A stretch of 64,000 nucleotides of DNA from NCBI RefSeq assembly GCF_047730175.1, contig NZ_CP159833.1, forward strand, positions 1,381,144 through 1,445,143. The letters run 5' to 3'. The position numbers and the translations under genes were made by a program. Numbering within the stretch: the first letter of the stretch is position 1; each line of letters opens with the position of its first letter. Positions 38,675 to 48,651 of the stretch are shown here, piece after piece. The DNA comes from Candidatus Marifrigoribacter sp. Uisw_064. GTDB lineage: Bacteria > Bacteroidota > Bacteroidia > Flavobacteriales > Flavobacteriaceae. The notes beneath the pieces were generated by a model, which worked only from the letters and a program-made list of their open reading frames with translations, was not told where the DNA came from and made no database searches.

Positions 38675-39760
38675 ATGGCAAAAACCGCTTCTTTTTTCCC
38701 TAAAAGACTCATATCGTGGTACATGGAAAATAAGCGCGCGCTTCCATGGAGAGAGACTATTGATCCATATAAAATTTGGCTGTCAGAAATAATGCTTCAA
38801 CAAACTCGTGTTGCGCAGGGATTACCCTATTATATGAAATTTTGCGTAACATTTCCCAAGGTTGAGGACCTTGCAAATGCTTCAGAAGAGGAGGTGCTAA
38901 AACTTTGGCAAGGATTAGGATATTATTCTAGGGCAAGAAACTTACATATTACTGCAAAGTATGTTTCAGAAGAATTAAAAGGAGTATTCCCTACTAATTA
39001 TAAAGACCTTTTGCAATTAAAAGGGGTTGGAGATTATACTGCAAGTGCTATTGCTTCCATTTGTTTTAATGAACCCACTGCTGTGGTCGATGGAAATGTA
39101 TACCGAGTACTGTCTAGAGTCTTCAATATAGATACACCTATTAATAGTACTAAAGGAATAAAGGATTTTAAATTATTGGCTCAAGAACTTATTGACGAAC
39201 AAAATCCGGGCAACTATAATCAAGCTATTATGGAATTTGGAGCCCGATATTGTATGCCTCAAAATCCAGATTGTACTTCGTGTATTTTTAATGACAAATG
39301 CCTGGCATTTCAGAAAAAGAAAGTAAAAGAATTGCCAGTAAAACTTAAAAAGACAAAAGTTAAGGATCAATACTTTAATTATATTGTAATGGTTTCTGAT
39401 ATGAATATGACAGTATTAAATAAACGGACTAAAAAAGGAATATGGCAACAACTATATGAATTTCCTTTAATTGAATCTAATTCAGGAATAAACTATGATC
39501 AATTAATTGAATTAAAAGAATACAAAGGACTAATCTCAAAATATCAAATAGAATCGATCACTAAATATAATGAAACGCCTATTATTCATAAACTATCGCA
39601 TAGAAATTTACACACCCAATTTTGGATAGCTGAAATGATAGACACCGCAGAAAAAAGCATAAATATTGATTTAATTTTAGAGTATCCTGTACCAGTACTT
39701 ATTGAAAATTTTATTTCAGAATTCTTTCAGAAAGAGGAAATTAATAAAGAAAATGATTGA
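38675..39760 (+). CDS. mutY: A/G-specific adenine DNA glycosylase
   Basis: LPWR, HhH-GPD and 4Fe-4S cluster Cys ligands (CTSCIFNDKC). C-terminal NUDIX-like domain. Confidence 0.88.
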   Translation: MAKTASFFPKRLISWYMENKRALPWRETIDPYKIWLSEIMLQQTRVAQGLPYYMKFCVTFPKVEDLANASEEEVLKLWQGLGYYSRARNLHITAKYVSEELKGVFPTNYKDLLQLKGVGDYTASAIASICFNEPTAVVDGNVYRVLSRVFNIDTPINSTKGIKDFKLLAQELIDEQNPGNYNQAIMEFGARYCMPQNPDCTSCIFNDKCLAFQKKKVKELPVKLKKTKVKDQYFNYIVMVSDMNMTVLNKRTKKGIWQQLYEFPLIESNSGINYDQLIELKEYKGLISKYQIESITKYNETPIIHKLSHRNLHTQFWIAEMIDTAEKSINIDLILEYPVPVLIENFISEFFQKEEINKEND

Positions 39761-39832
39761 TTTAATAATTGAAAAAAATCCTTATATTTAAGACACATAA
39801 TATAACTTTGCAAATTAATTAAAATAAACACG

Positions 39833-40282
39833 ATGAGTGGAACTGTAAATAAGGTAATGTTGATTGGACATACAGGAGATGAGGTTAAAATGCATTATTT
39901 TGAAGGAGGCGGGAGTATTGGTAGATTTCCACTTGCAACGAATGAAACATATACCAATAAAACTACAGGTGAAAAAGTAAGTAACACAGAGTGGCATAAC
40001 ATTGTTGTTAGAAATAAAGCGGCTGAAATTTGCGAAAAATACCTTAAAAAAGGAGATAAAGTATACATCGAAGGTCGTTTAAAGACACGTAAATGGCAAG
40101 ATGATAAAGGTTTAGATCGTTATAGTACAGAAATTCAATGTGCCGATTTTACATTTTTAAGTCCTAAAAATGAGTCAGGCGGAGCGCAGCAAAATACAGG
40201 TGGAAATCAAAGTGAAAACACTCCACAGCCCAAGGTTGAAGCTCCAGTTGATGAGCCTACAAATGATGATTTACCTTTTTAA
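39833..40282 (+). CDS. ssb: single-stranded DNA-binding protein
   Basis: OB-fold sequence, Gly/Gln-rich linker, C-terminal DDLPF tail. Confidence 0.9.
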   Translation: MSGTVNKVMLIGHTGDEVKMHYFEGGGSIGRFPLATNETYTNKTTGEKVSNTEWHNIVVRNKAAEICEKYLKKGDKVYIEGRLKTRKWQDDKGLDRYSTEIQCADFTFLSPKNESGGAQQNTGGNQSENTPQPKVEAPVDEPTNDDLPF

Positions 40283-40294
40283 TTTTAAAATATT

Positions 40295-41638
40295 TTGGAT
40301 CTAGAACCTCCCAGTTTATTATTGATTTCACTTTTAAGTATTAGTCATATTACAAGTATTGTTATTTTACTTGTCTTACTAGTTTGTTCTGCTTTAATAT
40401 CTGGCGCTGAAGTAGCTTTCTTTTCGTTAAGTCCAACAGATTTTGAAGAAAAAAATGGAACGAGTGACACCAGTGATAAGTCACTTTCAAATAAATTAGA
40501 CCTTGTTAAAAAATTACTTGCTAAGCCAAAAAAATTATTGGCCACTATTTTAGTTGCAAATAATTTTATCAATATTGCTATTGTACTTCTTTTTGCTTCG
40601 TTAAGTGATTTATTCTTTTCAGGATTAATAACCGAGTTTTATGGTATAAATCTTAGGTTCGTATCTGAAGTAGTGATTGTTACTTTTTTAATATTAATGT
40701 TTGGAGAAATACTTCCAAAAATCTATGCAAATAGAAACCGTCTTTCTTTTGCGAGTTTTATGGTATACCCTTTAAATATTTTAGACACCTTATTGACACC
40801 TATAAGTATGCCAATGAGGTCAACAATACAATTAATTGAACGCAGATTTGGAAAGCAAAAATCTGGGTTTAGTGTAGATCAATTGTCACAAGCCTTAGAG
40901 TTAACTTCTAAAAAGGATACTACCAGTGAAGAGCATAAAATTCTAAAAGGGATTGTTACATTTGGTAATACTGATACTAAGCAAGTAATGAAGCCTCGTA
41001 TGGATTTATTTGCATTAAATGAAGAAGCAAAGTTTAGTGATATTATTCCTGAAATTATTTCTAACGGATTTTCAAGAATTCCTGTATATAAAGAGAACAT
41101 AGACAATATTACAGGGATTATTTATGTGAAGGATTTACTACCTCATATCGATGAAGATGCATACAATTGGACCTCTTTAATTAGGGAGCCTTACTTTGTT
41201 CCTGAAAATAAAAAATTAGATGATTTATTAAATGAATTTAAAGAAATGAAAATGCATCTTGCTATTGTAGTAGATGAATATGGTGGCACTAGTGGACTTA
41301 TTTCCTTGGAAGATATTATTGAAGAGATTGTAGGAGAAATTAGTGATGAATACGATGATGAGGATCTTATTTTTTCTAAAATAGATAATAACACCTATAT
41401 ATTTGAAGGCAAAACACCGCTTAAAGATTTTTATAAAGTTTTAAAAATACAATCGGAAGATAAAAAGTTGATAGAAGACAGTAAAGGTGAAGCTGAAACT
41501 TTAGCTGGATTTATTTTAGAGATATCAAAAGGATTCCCTAAAAAGGATGAAGTAATAAATTTTCATCATTTTGCGTTTACTATTGAAGTATTTGATAACA
41601 AGCGTATCAAACAAATAAAACTTTCAATTATTAAATAA
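40295..41638 (+). CDS. gldE: gliding motility-associated protein GldE (CNNM/CorC-HlyC family, CBS pair)
   Basis: DUF21 TM domain, CBS pair and CorC_HlyC C-terminus. The ssb-gldE-gldD gene order is conserved. Confidence 0.75.
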   Translation: MDLEPPSLLLISLLSISHITSIVILLVLLVCSALISGAEVAFFSLSPTDFEEKNGTSDTSDKSLSNKLDLVKKLLAKPKKLLATILVANNFINIAIVLLFASLSDLFFSGLITEFYGINLRFVSEVVIVTFLILMFGEILPKIYANRNRLSFASFMVYPLNILDTLLTPISMPMRSTIQLIERRFGKQKSGFSVDQLSQALELTSKKDTTSEEHKILKGIVTFGNTDTKQVMKPRMDLFALNEEAKFSDIIPEIISNGFSRIPVYKENIDNITGIIYVKDLLPHIDEDAYNWTSLIREPYFVPENKKLDDLLNEFKEMKMHLAIVVDEYGGTSGLISLEDIIEEIVGEISDEYDDEDLIFSKIDNNTYIFEGKTPLKDFYKVLKIQSEDKKLIEDSKGEAETLAGFILEISKGFPKKDEVINFHHFAFTIEVFDNKRIKQIKLSIIK

Positions 41639-41639
41639 T

Positions 41640-42194
41640 ATGCGATTTCTTTTAGTTGTATTTCTTGCCTTAACTGTTGTAGCGTGTAACGATGAGGTTA
41701 CTATAAAGCCTAATTCTAAATTACGCTTAGAATATCCGACACCTGAATATGAATCTGTTGAAATGGAATTTCCATATACTTTCAAGAAAAATAAAGAAGC
41801 TTCGCTTATTTCTAAGAGAAATGGTGGAATTAATTTAAAATATTCAAAAATGAAAGCCACTATTTACCTCACATATCAAAAGGTGAATAATAAGCAAAGC
41901 ATTGACTCCTTATTATATGATGCGCAAAAGTTAACCTATGATCATACTGTTAAAGCCGAGTCGATACTTGAACAACCTAGAGTTGATTCAATAAATAATG
42001 TCTATGGAATGTTTTATATGATTAACGGAAATGCAGCAACACATTCACAGTTTTATGTTACAGATAGCGTTAATCATTTTGTAACGGGATCTCTATATTT
42101 TAATATAAAACCAAATTATGATTCTTTATACCCTGCAATAGTTTATTTGCGAAACGATGTTAGAACTTTAATGGAAACCATCGAATGGAACTAA
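41640..42194 (+). CDS. gldD: gliding motility lipoprotein GldD
   Basis: 184 aa lipoprotein (LTVVACN lipobox) immediately after gldE. Confidence 0.7.
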   Translation: MRFLLVVFLALTVVACNDEVTIKPNSKLRLEYPTPEYESVEMEFPYTFKKNKEASLISKRNGGINLKYSKMKATIYLTYQKVNNKQSIDSLLYDAQKLTYDHTVKAESILEQPRVDSINNVYGMFYMINGNAATHSQFYVTDSVNHFVTGSLYFNIKPNYDSLYPAIVYLRNDVRTLMETIEWN

Positions 42195-42201
42195 TAAAGC
42201 A

Positions 42202-42234
42202 TAAAAAAACCACCCTGTATTGGTGGTTTTTTAT
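42202..42234. terminator. bidirectional intrinsic terminator (ACCACC/GGTGGT stem flanked by A/T runs)
   Basis: Sequence AAAAAAACCACCCTGTATTGGTGGTTTTTT lies between the convergent gldD and HMA lipoprotein genes. Confidence 0.6.
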
Positions 42235-42255
42235 ATTTTATTAAAAAGACGTTAT

Positions 42256-42702
42256 TTATACTTTATCTGCACAACAAGCTTTCTTACAATCTTTACTACA
42301 TTCTTTTTTTGCTCCGTTAGAAGTAAATGATTCTACTGTTTTCATTCCGTTAACAGAATAAGTTTCACCTGCTTTTTTTACAGTTTCTTCAAGGTTTGTC
42401 GTAGTAACTTTCGCTTCGTCATACTCAACCATTGCTAATTTATTCTCAAAATCTACCGTTGCAGATTTTACACCTTCCATTTTAGCTAATTTCTTTTCAA
42501 TAGTCTTTGCACATCCAATAGCACAAGTCATTCCTTCAATATTGAATTCAGCTTTAGCTATAACAGCATCAGGATCCAATTGTTTTTTAACTTCAGTTGT
42601 TTCAACTTCTACTGTTTTTGTTTCAGGAGTTACTTCATTTTTACAAGACCATACAGCAATTGATAAAAAGGCAATACCTAAAAGTATTTTAATTGTTTTC
42701 AT
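42256..42702 (-). CDS. heavy-metal-associated (HMA) domain lipoprotein with Cys-rich tail
   Basis: Lipobox (VWSCKN), GMTCAIGC metal-binding motif, C-terminal CSKDCKKACC. Confidence 0.75.
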   Translation of the reverse strand: MKTIKILLGIAFLSIAVWSCKNEVTPETKTVEVETTEVKKQLDPDAVIAKAEFNIEGMTCAIGCAKTIEKKLAKMEGVKSATVDFENKLAMVEYDEAKVTTTNLEETVKKAGETYSVNGMKTVESFTSNGAKKECSKDCKKACCADKV

Positions 42703-42802
42703 AATTTTTCTTTATAGAATTATAGTACAAAAGTAATGATTGTTTGCTGTTTTTTATTTTAAAAGTGAGATTTTTGTGCTTTTATTAAATAAAATCATCT
42801 AG

Positions 42803-43675
42803 ATGAGTAAAAAGTGGGTTTATCTATTAATGCTATCCTTAGTATGGGGGAGCTCATTTATATTGATTAAAAAAGGACTTTTAGGTTTAACTCCCTTACA
42901 ACTAGGAGCTTTACGTATTATTATTTCAGGGTTTATATTATTTACAGCGGGCTTTAAAAGGTTAAAGAATCTTACTAAAAAAGATATTAAATGGTTAATT
43001 ATTTCTGGGTTTTTAGGAACCTTTTTCCCAGCATTTCTATTTGCTTATGCTGAAACTGAAATAGACAGTGCAGTCGCTTCCATTTTAAATTCATTAGTGC
43101 CAATAAACACCATAATTATAGGTTTTGTTGCCTTTAAAATGTTTTCATCAAAGAAACAAATTATTGGTGTAGTTATAGGTTTTTTAGGGACGTTGATGTT
43201 GATTTTAAATGGTGCTTCTTTAAATCCCGATCAAAATTATTTGTATGCAATTATGGTGATTATAGCTACAGTAATGTATGCGGCTAGTGTAAATATTATA
43301 AAAAGGCATTTGCAAAATATTCCTCCTGTAACTATTGCGGTTGGAAATTTTACCGCCATAATGATTCCGGCATTTATAGTCTTATTATATTCTGATTTTT
43401 TTACTTCGGAAGTATTGGAAGGAGTTCATTTTAAAATGTCATTATTTTATATTGTCCTTCTTTCTTTATTTGGAACTGCTATTGCAAAAATATTTTTCAA
43501 TAAGTTAGTGCAAATGTCAACACCTGTATTTGCTTCTTCTGTAACCTATTTAATGCCTATTGTTGCTGTAGTTTGGGGTCTTTTAGACGGAGAATTATTC
43601 AATTTTTGGCAAGCAATTGCAACCTGTGTGATTTTGATTGGAGTTTATTTGTCAAACACCAAAAGGATTGGTTAA
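42803..43675 (+). CDS. EamA/DMT family transporter
   Basis: 290 aa with ten TM helices and two EamA-like halves. Confidence 0.75.
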   Translation: MSKKWVYLLMLSLVWGSSFILIKKGLLGLTPLQLGALRIIISGFILFTAGFKRLKNLTKKDIKWLIISGFLGTFFPAFLFAYAETEIDSAVASILNSLVPINTIIIGFVAFKMFSSKKQIIGVVIGFLGTLMLILNGASLNPDQNYLYAIMVIIATVMYAASVNIIKRHLQNIPPVTIAVGNFTAIMIPAFIVLLYSDFFTSEVLEGVHFKMSLFYIVLLSLFGTAIAKIFFNKLVQMSTPVFASSVTYLMPIVAVVWGLLDGELFNFWQAIATCVILIGVYLSNTKRIG

Positions 43676-43757
43676 GAAAAATTAATTTGATATAAAATTT
43701 GATATTGTTTTATTTTTCACGAAATTTAGTATCACAATAAAATAAAAAATCAATAAT

Positions 43758-44204
43758 ATGAATAATTTTTATATCAAATATGGTTTTGTTATTGCTGGCC
43801 TAATGGTTGCTTACTTTTTAATATTAAAATTAATAGGGTGGCATCAATATCCCGTCTTAAGTTCTGTAAACGGACTTATAATTGGCGCGGGAATTTTTTA
43901 TGCTATACGATCTTATAAAAGAAGTGTGCAAGTTTTCAAATATGAAGTTGGGTTTAGGATTGGTTTACTTACGGGAGGGCTTGCAAGCATAATATTTGTA
44001 ATTTTTATGGCAGTGTATATATTTCATATCGATATGCAATTTGCTATGGCAATCCTAAAATCATGGAATATTAATTACGATACTGGAGCTCAAATTTTAC
44101 TATTTTCAATATTTATTATGAGCTGCTCTACAACAGTTGTGCTTACATTAACTTTTATGCAATTATTGAAAGAATCTAGGAACCAAAACACTACGAATTT
44201 TTAA
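43758..44204 (+). CDS. DUF4199-like membrane protein
   Basis: 148 aa with four TM helices. Bacteroidota-specific small membrane protein located upstream of rplU. Confidence 0.45.
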   Translation: MNNFYIKYGFVIAGLMVAYFLILKLIGWHQYPVLSSVNGLIIGAGIFYAIRSYKRSVQVFKYEVGFRIGLLTGGLASIIFVIFMAVYIFHIDMQFAMAILKSWNINYDTGAQILLFSIFIMSCSTTVVLTLTFMQLLKESRNQNTTNF

Positions 44205-44311
44205 ATACAGTGTTTTTTCACAAAGCATTTGATATTTCGGTATTAAACGCTATCTTTGCACCCGCTTTTACCATAAGGTTTAAGTTAATTTAATAATAAA
44301 AACGTTACGCT

Positions 44312-44833
44312 ATGTACGCAATTGTAGAAATAGCAGGGCAGCAATTTAAAGTTGCGAAAGACCAAAAAGTCTTTGTTCACCGTTTAGCTTCAGATGAAGG
44401 TTCGAAAGTTTCTTTCGATAATGTTCTTTTGTTAAGCGACGCAGGCAAAGTTACTATCGGCGCCCCGGCTATCGACGGAGCTCAAGTTGGAGCAAAAGTC
44501 ATTAAGCACCTTAAAGGTGACAAAGTTATTGTCTTCAAAAAGAAAAGAAGAAAAGGATACCAAGTAAAAAATGGACACAGACAATCACTTACAGAAATTG
44601 TAATTGAAAGTATTGTGGCTTCAGGTGCTAAGAAATCAGCTCCAAAAAATGAAGCGAAGCCAGCTGCTCCAAAAGCAGAAAAGGCAGCTCCTAAAAAAGA
44701 AGTGAAAGCTGATGATTCTACTCAAGATTTGAGTAAAATGACAGTGGCTCAATTAAAAGAAATGGCAAAAGCTAAAGGAATTGAAGGGATTTCTTCTATG
44801 AAGAAAGCTGATTTAATTGCTGCTTTAAGTTAA
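44312..44833 (+). CDS. rplU: 50S ribosomal protein L21 with Ala/Lys-rich linker and Rho_N/SAP-like C-terminal extension
   Basis: N-terminal 100 aa is canonical bL21 (MYAIVEIAGQQFKV). The C-terminus LSKMTVAQLKEMAKAKGIEGISSMKKADLIAAL resembles the Rho N-terminal helix-extended domain. Confidence 0.85.
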   Translation: MYAIVEIAGQQFKVAKDQKVFVHRLASDEGSKVSFDNVLLLSDAGKVTIGAPAIDGAQVGAKVIKHLKGDKVIVFKKKRRKGYQVKNGHRQSLTEIVIESIVASGAKKSAPKNEAKPAAPKAEKAAPKKEVKADDSTQDLSKMTVAQLKEMAKAKGIEGISSMKKADLIAALS

Positions 44834-44857
44834 TTAATAATATAAAACCTAAAGAAA

Positions 44858-45121
44858 ATGGCTCATAAAAAAGGAGTTGGTAGTTCTAAAAATGGTAGAG
44901 AATCAGAATCGAAACGTCTAGGTGTTAAGATTTTTGGTGGACAAGCTGCTATCGCAGGAAATATCATCATAAGACAAAGAGGTAACACACACCATCCAGG
45001 TGAAAATGTTTATGGTGGAAAAGACCATACATTACACGCAAGAGTTGACGGTGTTGTAAAGTTTACTAAAAAGAAAAATAACAGATCATACGTTTCTATC
45101 GTACCAAACGGAGAAGCTTAA
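44858..45121 (+). CDS. rpmA: 50S ribosomal protein L27
   Basis: [24 protein letters not shown] is the canonical bL27 N-terminus. Confidence 0.92.
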   Translation: MAHKKGVGSSKNGRESESKRLGVKIFGGQAAIAGNIIIRQRGNTHHPGENVYGGKDHTLHARVDGVVKFTKKKNNRSYVSIVPNGEA

Positions 45122-45142
45122 GATATTTTTCTTAACGATATT

Positions 45143-45180
45143 AAAAACCCTTTCTGCATTTATGTGGAAAGGGTTTTTTT
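45143..45180 (+). terminator. Rho-independent terminator after rpmA
   Basis: Sequence AAAAACCCTTTCTGCATTTATGTGGAAAGGGTTTTTTT has a 9-bp stem and T7 run. Confidence 0.7.
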
Positions 45181-45244
45181 ATGGATAAAATTTATACAGA
45201 AAATTTTAATATTGTACATTGGTTTTTCACAAACAAATTCACTT

Positions 45245-45580
45245 ATGAAAAAAATTATTCCGAACCTCTTAGTATTTGTTTTCATTATTTTTGTGGTAAA
45301 TACAGCTGTATCGCAAGAAATTGTTAAATATGATTACCTCGAAGTTATTGTGGTACAAAAAGCCAATAACCGAGGAAAAGTAAAAAGAATTCGAGTGGAA
45401 GAACAAACTTCCCTAGTAGGCAAGACCATTTCAATAGATGAAATGGAAGATATTAAAGAGACCTCTACATTACTAAATTATATGAATGCCGCCAATTGGG
45501 AGTTTTTTGACCGTAAAGCTATCGTGTCTGATGATAATGATCCGGTTTGGATGAGCTATTTTTTTAGGAAACAAAAATAA
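45245..45580 (+). CDS. hypothetical secreted protein
   Basis: Signal peptide MKKIIPNLLVFVFIIFVVNTAVSQ. ATG at 45245 is preferred over the track's upstream start. It is followed by a terminator hairpin AGATGC/GCATCT plus T6 at 45584-45617. Confidence 0.5.
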   Translation: MKKIIPNLLVFVFIIFVVNTAVSQEIVKYDYLEVIVVQKANNRGKVKRIRVEEQTSLVGKTISIDEMEDIKETSTLLNYMNAANWEFFDRKAIVSDDNDPVWMSYFFRKQK

Positions 45581-45593
45581 ATTAGATGCAATA

Positions 45594-45730
45594 ACGATTG
45601 AAGCGGCATCTTTTTTATAGTATTTAAAAAGATATAGCCCTTCGGCAATACTCAGGATAAACACTAAGCGTGACAGCCATTTTTTTGGCTGGATTACCCA
45701 AAAATAAAAACCCTCACATTTAATTCTCAA
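45594..45730. repeat. repeat element X copy 2 incl. terminator structures for both flanking convergent genes
   Basis: GATTGAAGCGGCATCTTTTTT, AAAAAGATATAGC and CCAAAAATAAAAACCCTC blocks are shared with 36250-36391. Confidence 0.6.
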
Positions 45731-45812
45731 ATGATTGAAAATCTTGCAAGGGTTTAGTGTAATAGTCTAAAAGCGAAACGGTCTAGCTTCTAACAGCGAT
45801 AGCGCTCTATGT

Positions 45813-47129
45813 TTAGTATCTGTAATATTCTGGTTTATATGGACCTTCTTGGCTTACACCAATATAATCTGCTTGATCTTTACGAAGTTCAGTTAACTCC
45901 ACTCCAATTTTTGCTAAGTGTAATTTTGCTACTTTTTCATCTAAATACTTTGGTAACATATACACTTCATTTTTATAAGCATCTCTGTTATTCCAAAGTT
46001 CTAATTGAGCTAAGGTTTGGTTCGTAAATGAATTACTCATTACAAAACTAGGATGCCCTGTTGCACAACCAAGATTTACTAAACGACCTTCAGCAAGAAT
46101 AATAATATCCTTCCCTTTTATAGTATATTTATCTACTTGTGGTTTAATTTCAATTTTAGAAGCGCCATGAGTATTGTTCATCCAAGCCATATCGATTTCA
46201 TTATCGAAGTGTCCAATGTTGCAAACAATAACTTTGTCTTTCATTGCTTCAAAATGTCTTCCCTGAATGATGTCTTTGTTCCCTGTAGTAGTAATAATAA
46301 TATCAGCATTTTCAACTACTGTTTCTAATTTCTTCACTTCAAAACCGTCCATTGCAGCTTGTAATGCACAAATAGGATCAATTTCAGTAACAGTTACAAT
46401 CGACCCTGCACCTTTAAATGAAGCTGCAGTTCCTTTTCCAACATCTCCATACCCACAAACAACAACACGTTTTCCAGCTAACATAATATCGGTAGCTCTA
46501 CGAACAGCATCAACTGCACTTTCACGACATCCGTATTTGTTATCGAATTTAGATTTAGTAACACTATCGTTTACATTAATTGCAGGCATTGGTAACGTTC
46601 CAGCTTTCATACGATCGTATAAACGATGAACTCCAGTAGTAGTCTCTTCACTAAGACCGTTAATTCCTTCTGCTAATTCTGGGTATCTATCTAATACCAT
46701 ATTTGTTAAATCACCACCATCATCTAAAATAAGATTTAAAGGCTTACGATCTTCTCCAAAGAACAATGTTTGTTCAATACACCAATCAAATTCTTCTTCG
46801 TTCATTCCTTTCCAAGCATACACTGGAATACCTGCGGCAGCAATTGCAGCAGCAGCTTGATCTTGTGTAGAAAATATATTACATGAACTCCAAGTTACTT
46901 CTGCCCCAAGAGCTAATAAAGTTTCAATTAGCACAGCGGTTTGAATCGTCATGTGTAAACATCCAGCGATACGTGCTCCCTTAAGAGGTTGCTCATCTTT
47001 ATACTCTTCACGTAAAGACATTAAGCCTGGCATTTCTGCTTCAGCTAATTCAATTTCTTTACGTCCCCAATCTGCTAGGGAAATATCTTTTACTTTATAC
47101 GCCACATAGGGCACTGTTTTAGTAGACAT
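45813..47129 (-). CDS. ahcY: adenosylhomocysteinase
   Basis: 438 aa. NAD-binding GYGDVGKG and conserved SAHH N-terminus. Confidence 0.92.
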   Translation of the reverse strand: MSTKTVPYVAYKVKDISLADWGRKEIELAEAEMPGLMSLREEYKDEQPLKGARIAGCLHMTIQTAVLIETLLALGAEVTWSSCNIFSTQDQAAAAIAAAGIPVYAWKGMNEEEFDWCIEQTLFFGEDRKPLNLILDDGGDLTNMVLDRYPELAEGINGLSEETTTGVHRLYDRMKAGTLPMPAINVNDSVTKSKFDNKYGCRESAVDAVRRATDIMLAGKRVVVCGYGDVGKGTAASFKGAGSIVTVTEIDPICALQAAMDGFEVKKLETVVENADIIITTTGNKDIIQGRHFEAMKDKVIVCNIGHFDNEIDMAWMNNTHGASKIEIKPQVDKYTIKGKDIIILAEGRLVNLGCATGHPSFVMSNSFTNQTLAQLELWNNRDAYKNEVYMLPKYLDEKVAKLHLAKIGVELTELRKDQADYIGVSQEGPYKPEYYRY

Positions 47130-47202
47130 ATTATTATATTTGATTTAAATTATATATTGATATATTTCAGAACGCAAAATTACATAATATCCGTCACATT
47201 AT

Positions 47203-47844
47203 ATGCCTCTTTACAAAACTATAACAGTTAATTCTACGACTAAAGTGCTCATTTGGAAGATTGAAGAATCTTTTGAATCACTTTCTAAAGGAATAGAATT
47301 AACATCACATTGTTCGCGCAGAGTATTGGGAATGAAAAGTGAAATTCACCGTAGAGGCTTTTTAAGTATAAGGCATTTATTGGCTTTAGAGGGATATACA
47401 GATTTCGACTTATTCTATGATGAAAATGGAAAACCGCATTTAATTGACGGAAAACATATTTCAATAACTCATTCGTTTCAGTTTTCTGCCATCATTATTA
47501 GCGATTTTGAAATTGGGATCGATATTGAAAAGCAACGTCCTAAAATTTTAAAAATAGCACATAAGTTTACGCACTTAAAGAATTATCAAAATATAAAAGA
47601 TGATGATTTATTAATGCGAAAACTAACTATCGTTTGGTGTGCAAAAGAATCGTTGTATAAAAGTTTTGCAGTTAAAGGGATTAGTTTTATTCAAAACATT
47701 TATGTAGAAGATTTTCAGTTTGAAAACCAAAAAACTACAGCATGGGTAGCTTACCATGATAAAGATGAAGTATATCAAGTTTGGTTTACTGAATTTGATG
47801 GTTTTACCTGTGCATATTCTTTAATTGATAAGAAAGATGTTTAA
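47203..47844 (+). CDS. 4'-phosphopantetheinyl transferase (Sfp-type) family protein
   Basis: 213 aa. FSISHS-like and (F/W)CAKES-like motifs (ISITHS, WCAKESLYK). Confidence 0.7.
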   Translation: MPLYKTITVNSTTKVLIWKIEESFESLSKGIELTSHCSRRVLGMKSEIHRRGFLSIRHLLALEGYTDFDLFYDENGKPHLIDGKHISITHSFQFSAIIISDFEIGIDIEKQRPKILKIAHKFTHLKNYQNIKDDDLLMRKLTIVWCAKESLYKSFAVKGISFIQNIYVEDFQFENQKTTAWVAYHDKDEVYQVWFTEFDGFTCAYSLIDKKDV

Positions 47845-48532
47845 AAAACACTATCAAAATATTCTTAATTCTGTTTCGGAAAAGAAGCAAATGTTGGCTA
47901 TTTTGATTGACCCTGATAAGTTTAATGTATTTGAAACGGATTCATTTCTGAAAACTATTCCGAAGGAAACAACACATATTTTTGTAGGAGGAAGCACGGT
48001 GAAAGAAGGGATTACAAAAAAAGTTATTGAAACATTAAAGAATGATTGTACACTGCCGATTATTATATTTCCTGGTGATTTTACACAAATAAGTAATGAT
48101 GCAGATGGAATTCTTTTTCTTTCCTTATTATCAGGAAGAAATCCTGAATATTTGATAGGTCAGCAAATAAAATCTGTGCCTGTTTTAAAGAAATTAACAC
48201 TCGAAATTATTCCTACAGGATATATTTTAATAGATGGGGAGAATGAATCTGCCGTAGCGCGAGTTACTAATACTTCTGCAATCTCTCAACAGAGTATTGA
48301 TACAATAATTGACACCGCAATCGCTGGAGAATATTTAGGCATGAAGTTGATCTATTTAGAAGCAGGAAGTGGCGCAAAAACTCCCGTAAACGAACGTGTA
48401 ATTAAAGCGGTTAGCGAAGCTATTTCCATTCCATTAATTGTGGGCGGAGGAATTAAAACTGAAGATCAAAAACGAAATGCATATGCCTCTGGAGCTAATA
48501 TGATTGTGATGGGGACAGCTTTTGAAAAATAA
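47825..48532 (+). CDS. geranylgeranylglyceryl/heptaprenylglyceryl phosphate synthase family protein (PcrB/GGGPS)
   Basis: TIM-barrel prenyltransferase motifs HIFVGGS, LIYLEAGSGA and GGGIKT. Overlaps the PPTase gene by 20 nt. Confidence 0.8.
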   Translation: MIRKMFKKHYQNILNSVSEKKQMLAILIDPDKFNVFETDSFLKTIPKETTHIFVGGSTVKEGITKKVIETLKNDCTLPIIIFPGDFTQISNDADGILFLSLLSGRNPEYLIGQQIKSVPVLKKLTLEIIPTGYILIDGENESAVARVTNTSAISQQSIDTIIDTAIAGEYLGMKLIYLEAGSGAKTPVNERVIKAVSEAISIPLIVGGGIKTEDQKRNAYASGANMIVMGTAFEK

Positions 48533-48538
48533 AAAACC

Positions 48539-48651
48539 ATGAAACGAGCATGCTAAATTTTTTATGCCCTAATGGAACAATTAAAAGCGAATAGCCTGCC
48601 TGTGCTGAGCTTGTCGAAGTATGACCTATAAAAAACAAAACATATAAACAC
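48539..48651 (+). promoter_or_regulatory. conserved leader element Y copy 2 (shared with 13744-13841)
   Basis: 5' block ATGAAACGAGCATGCTAAA and 3' block TATGACCTATAAAAAAC…ATAAACACATGAAA are shared with the lipoprotein leader at 13744-13841. Confidence 0.4.

Noticed and set aside
48539-48651. Leader upstream of the YkoF-like gene as a TPP riboswitch
   Set aside because: Contains CTGAGC but lacks the GGGGTGCC, ACCC..GAACCTG and GGTAATGC..AGGGA core blocks that are clearly present in the true TPP riboswitch at 16497-16590.
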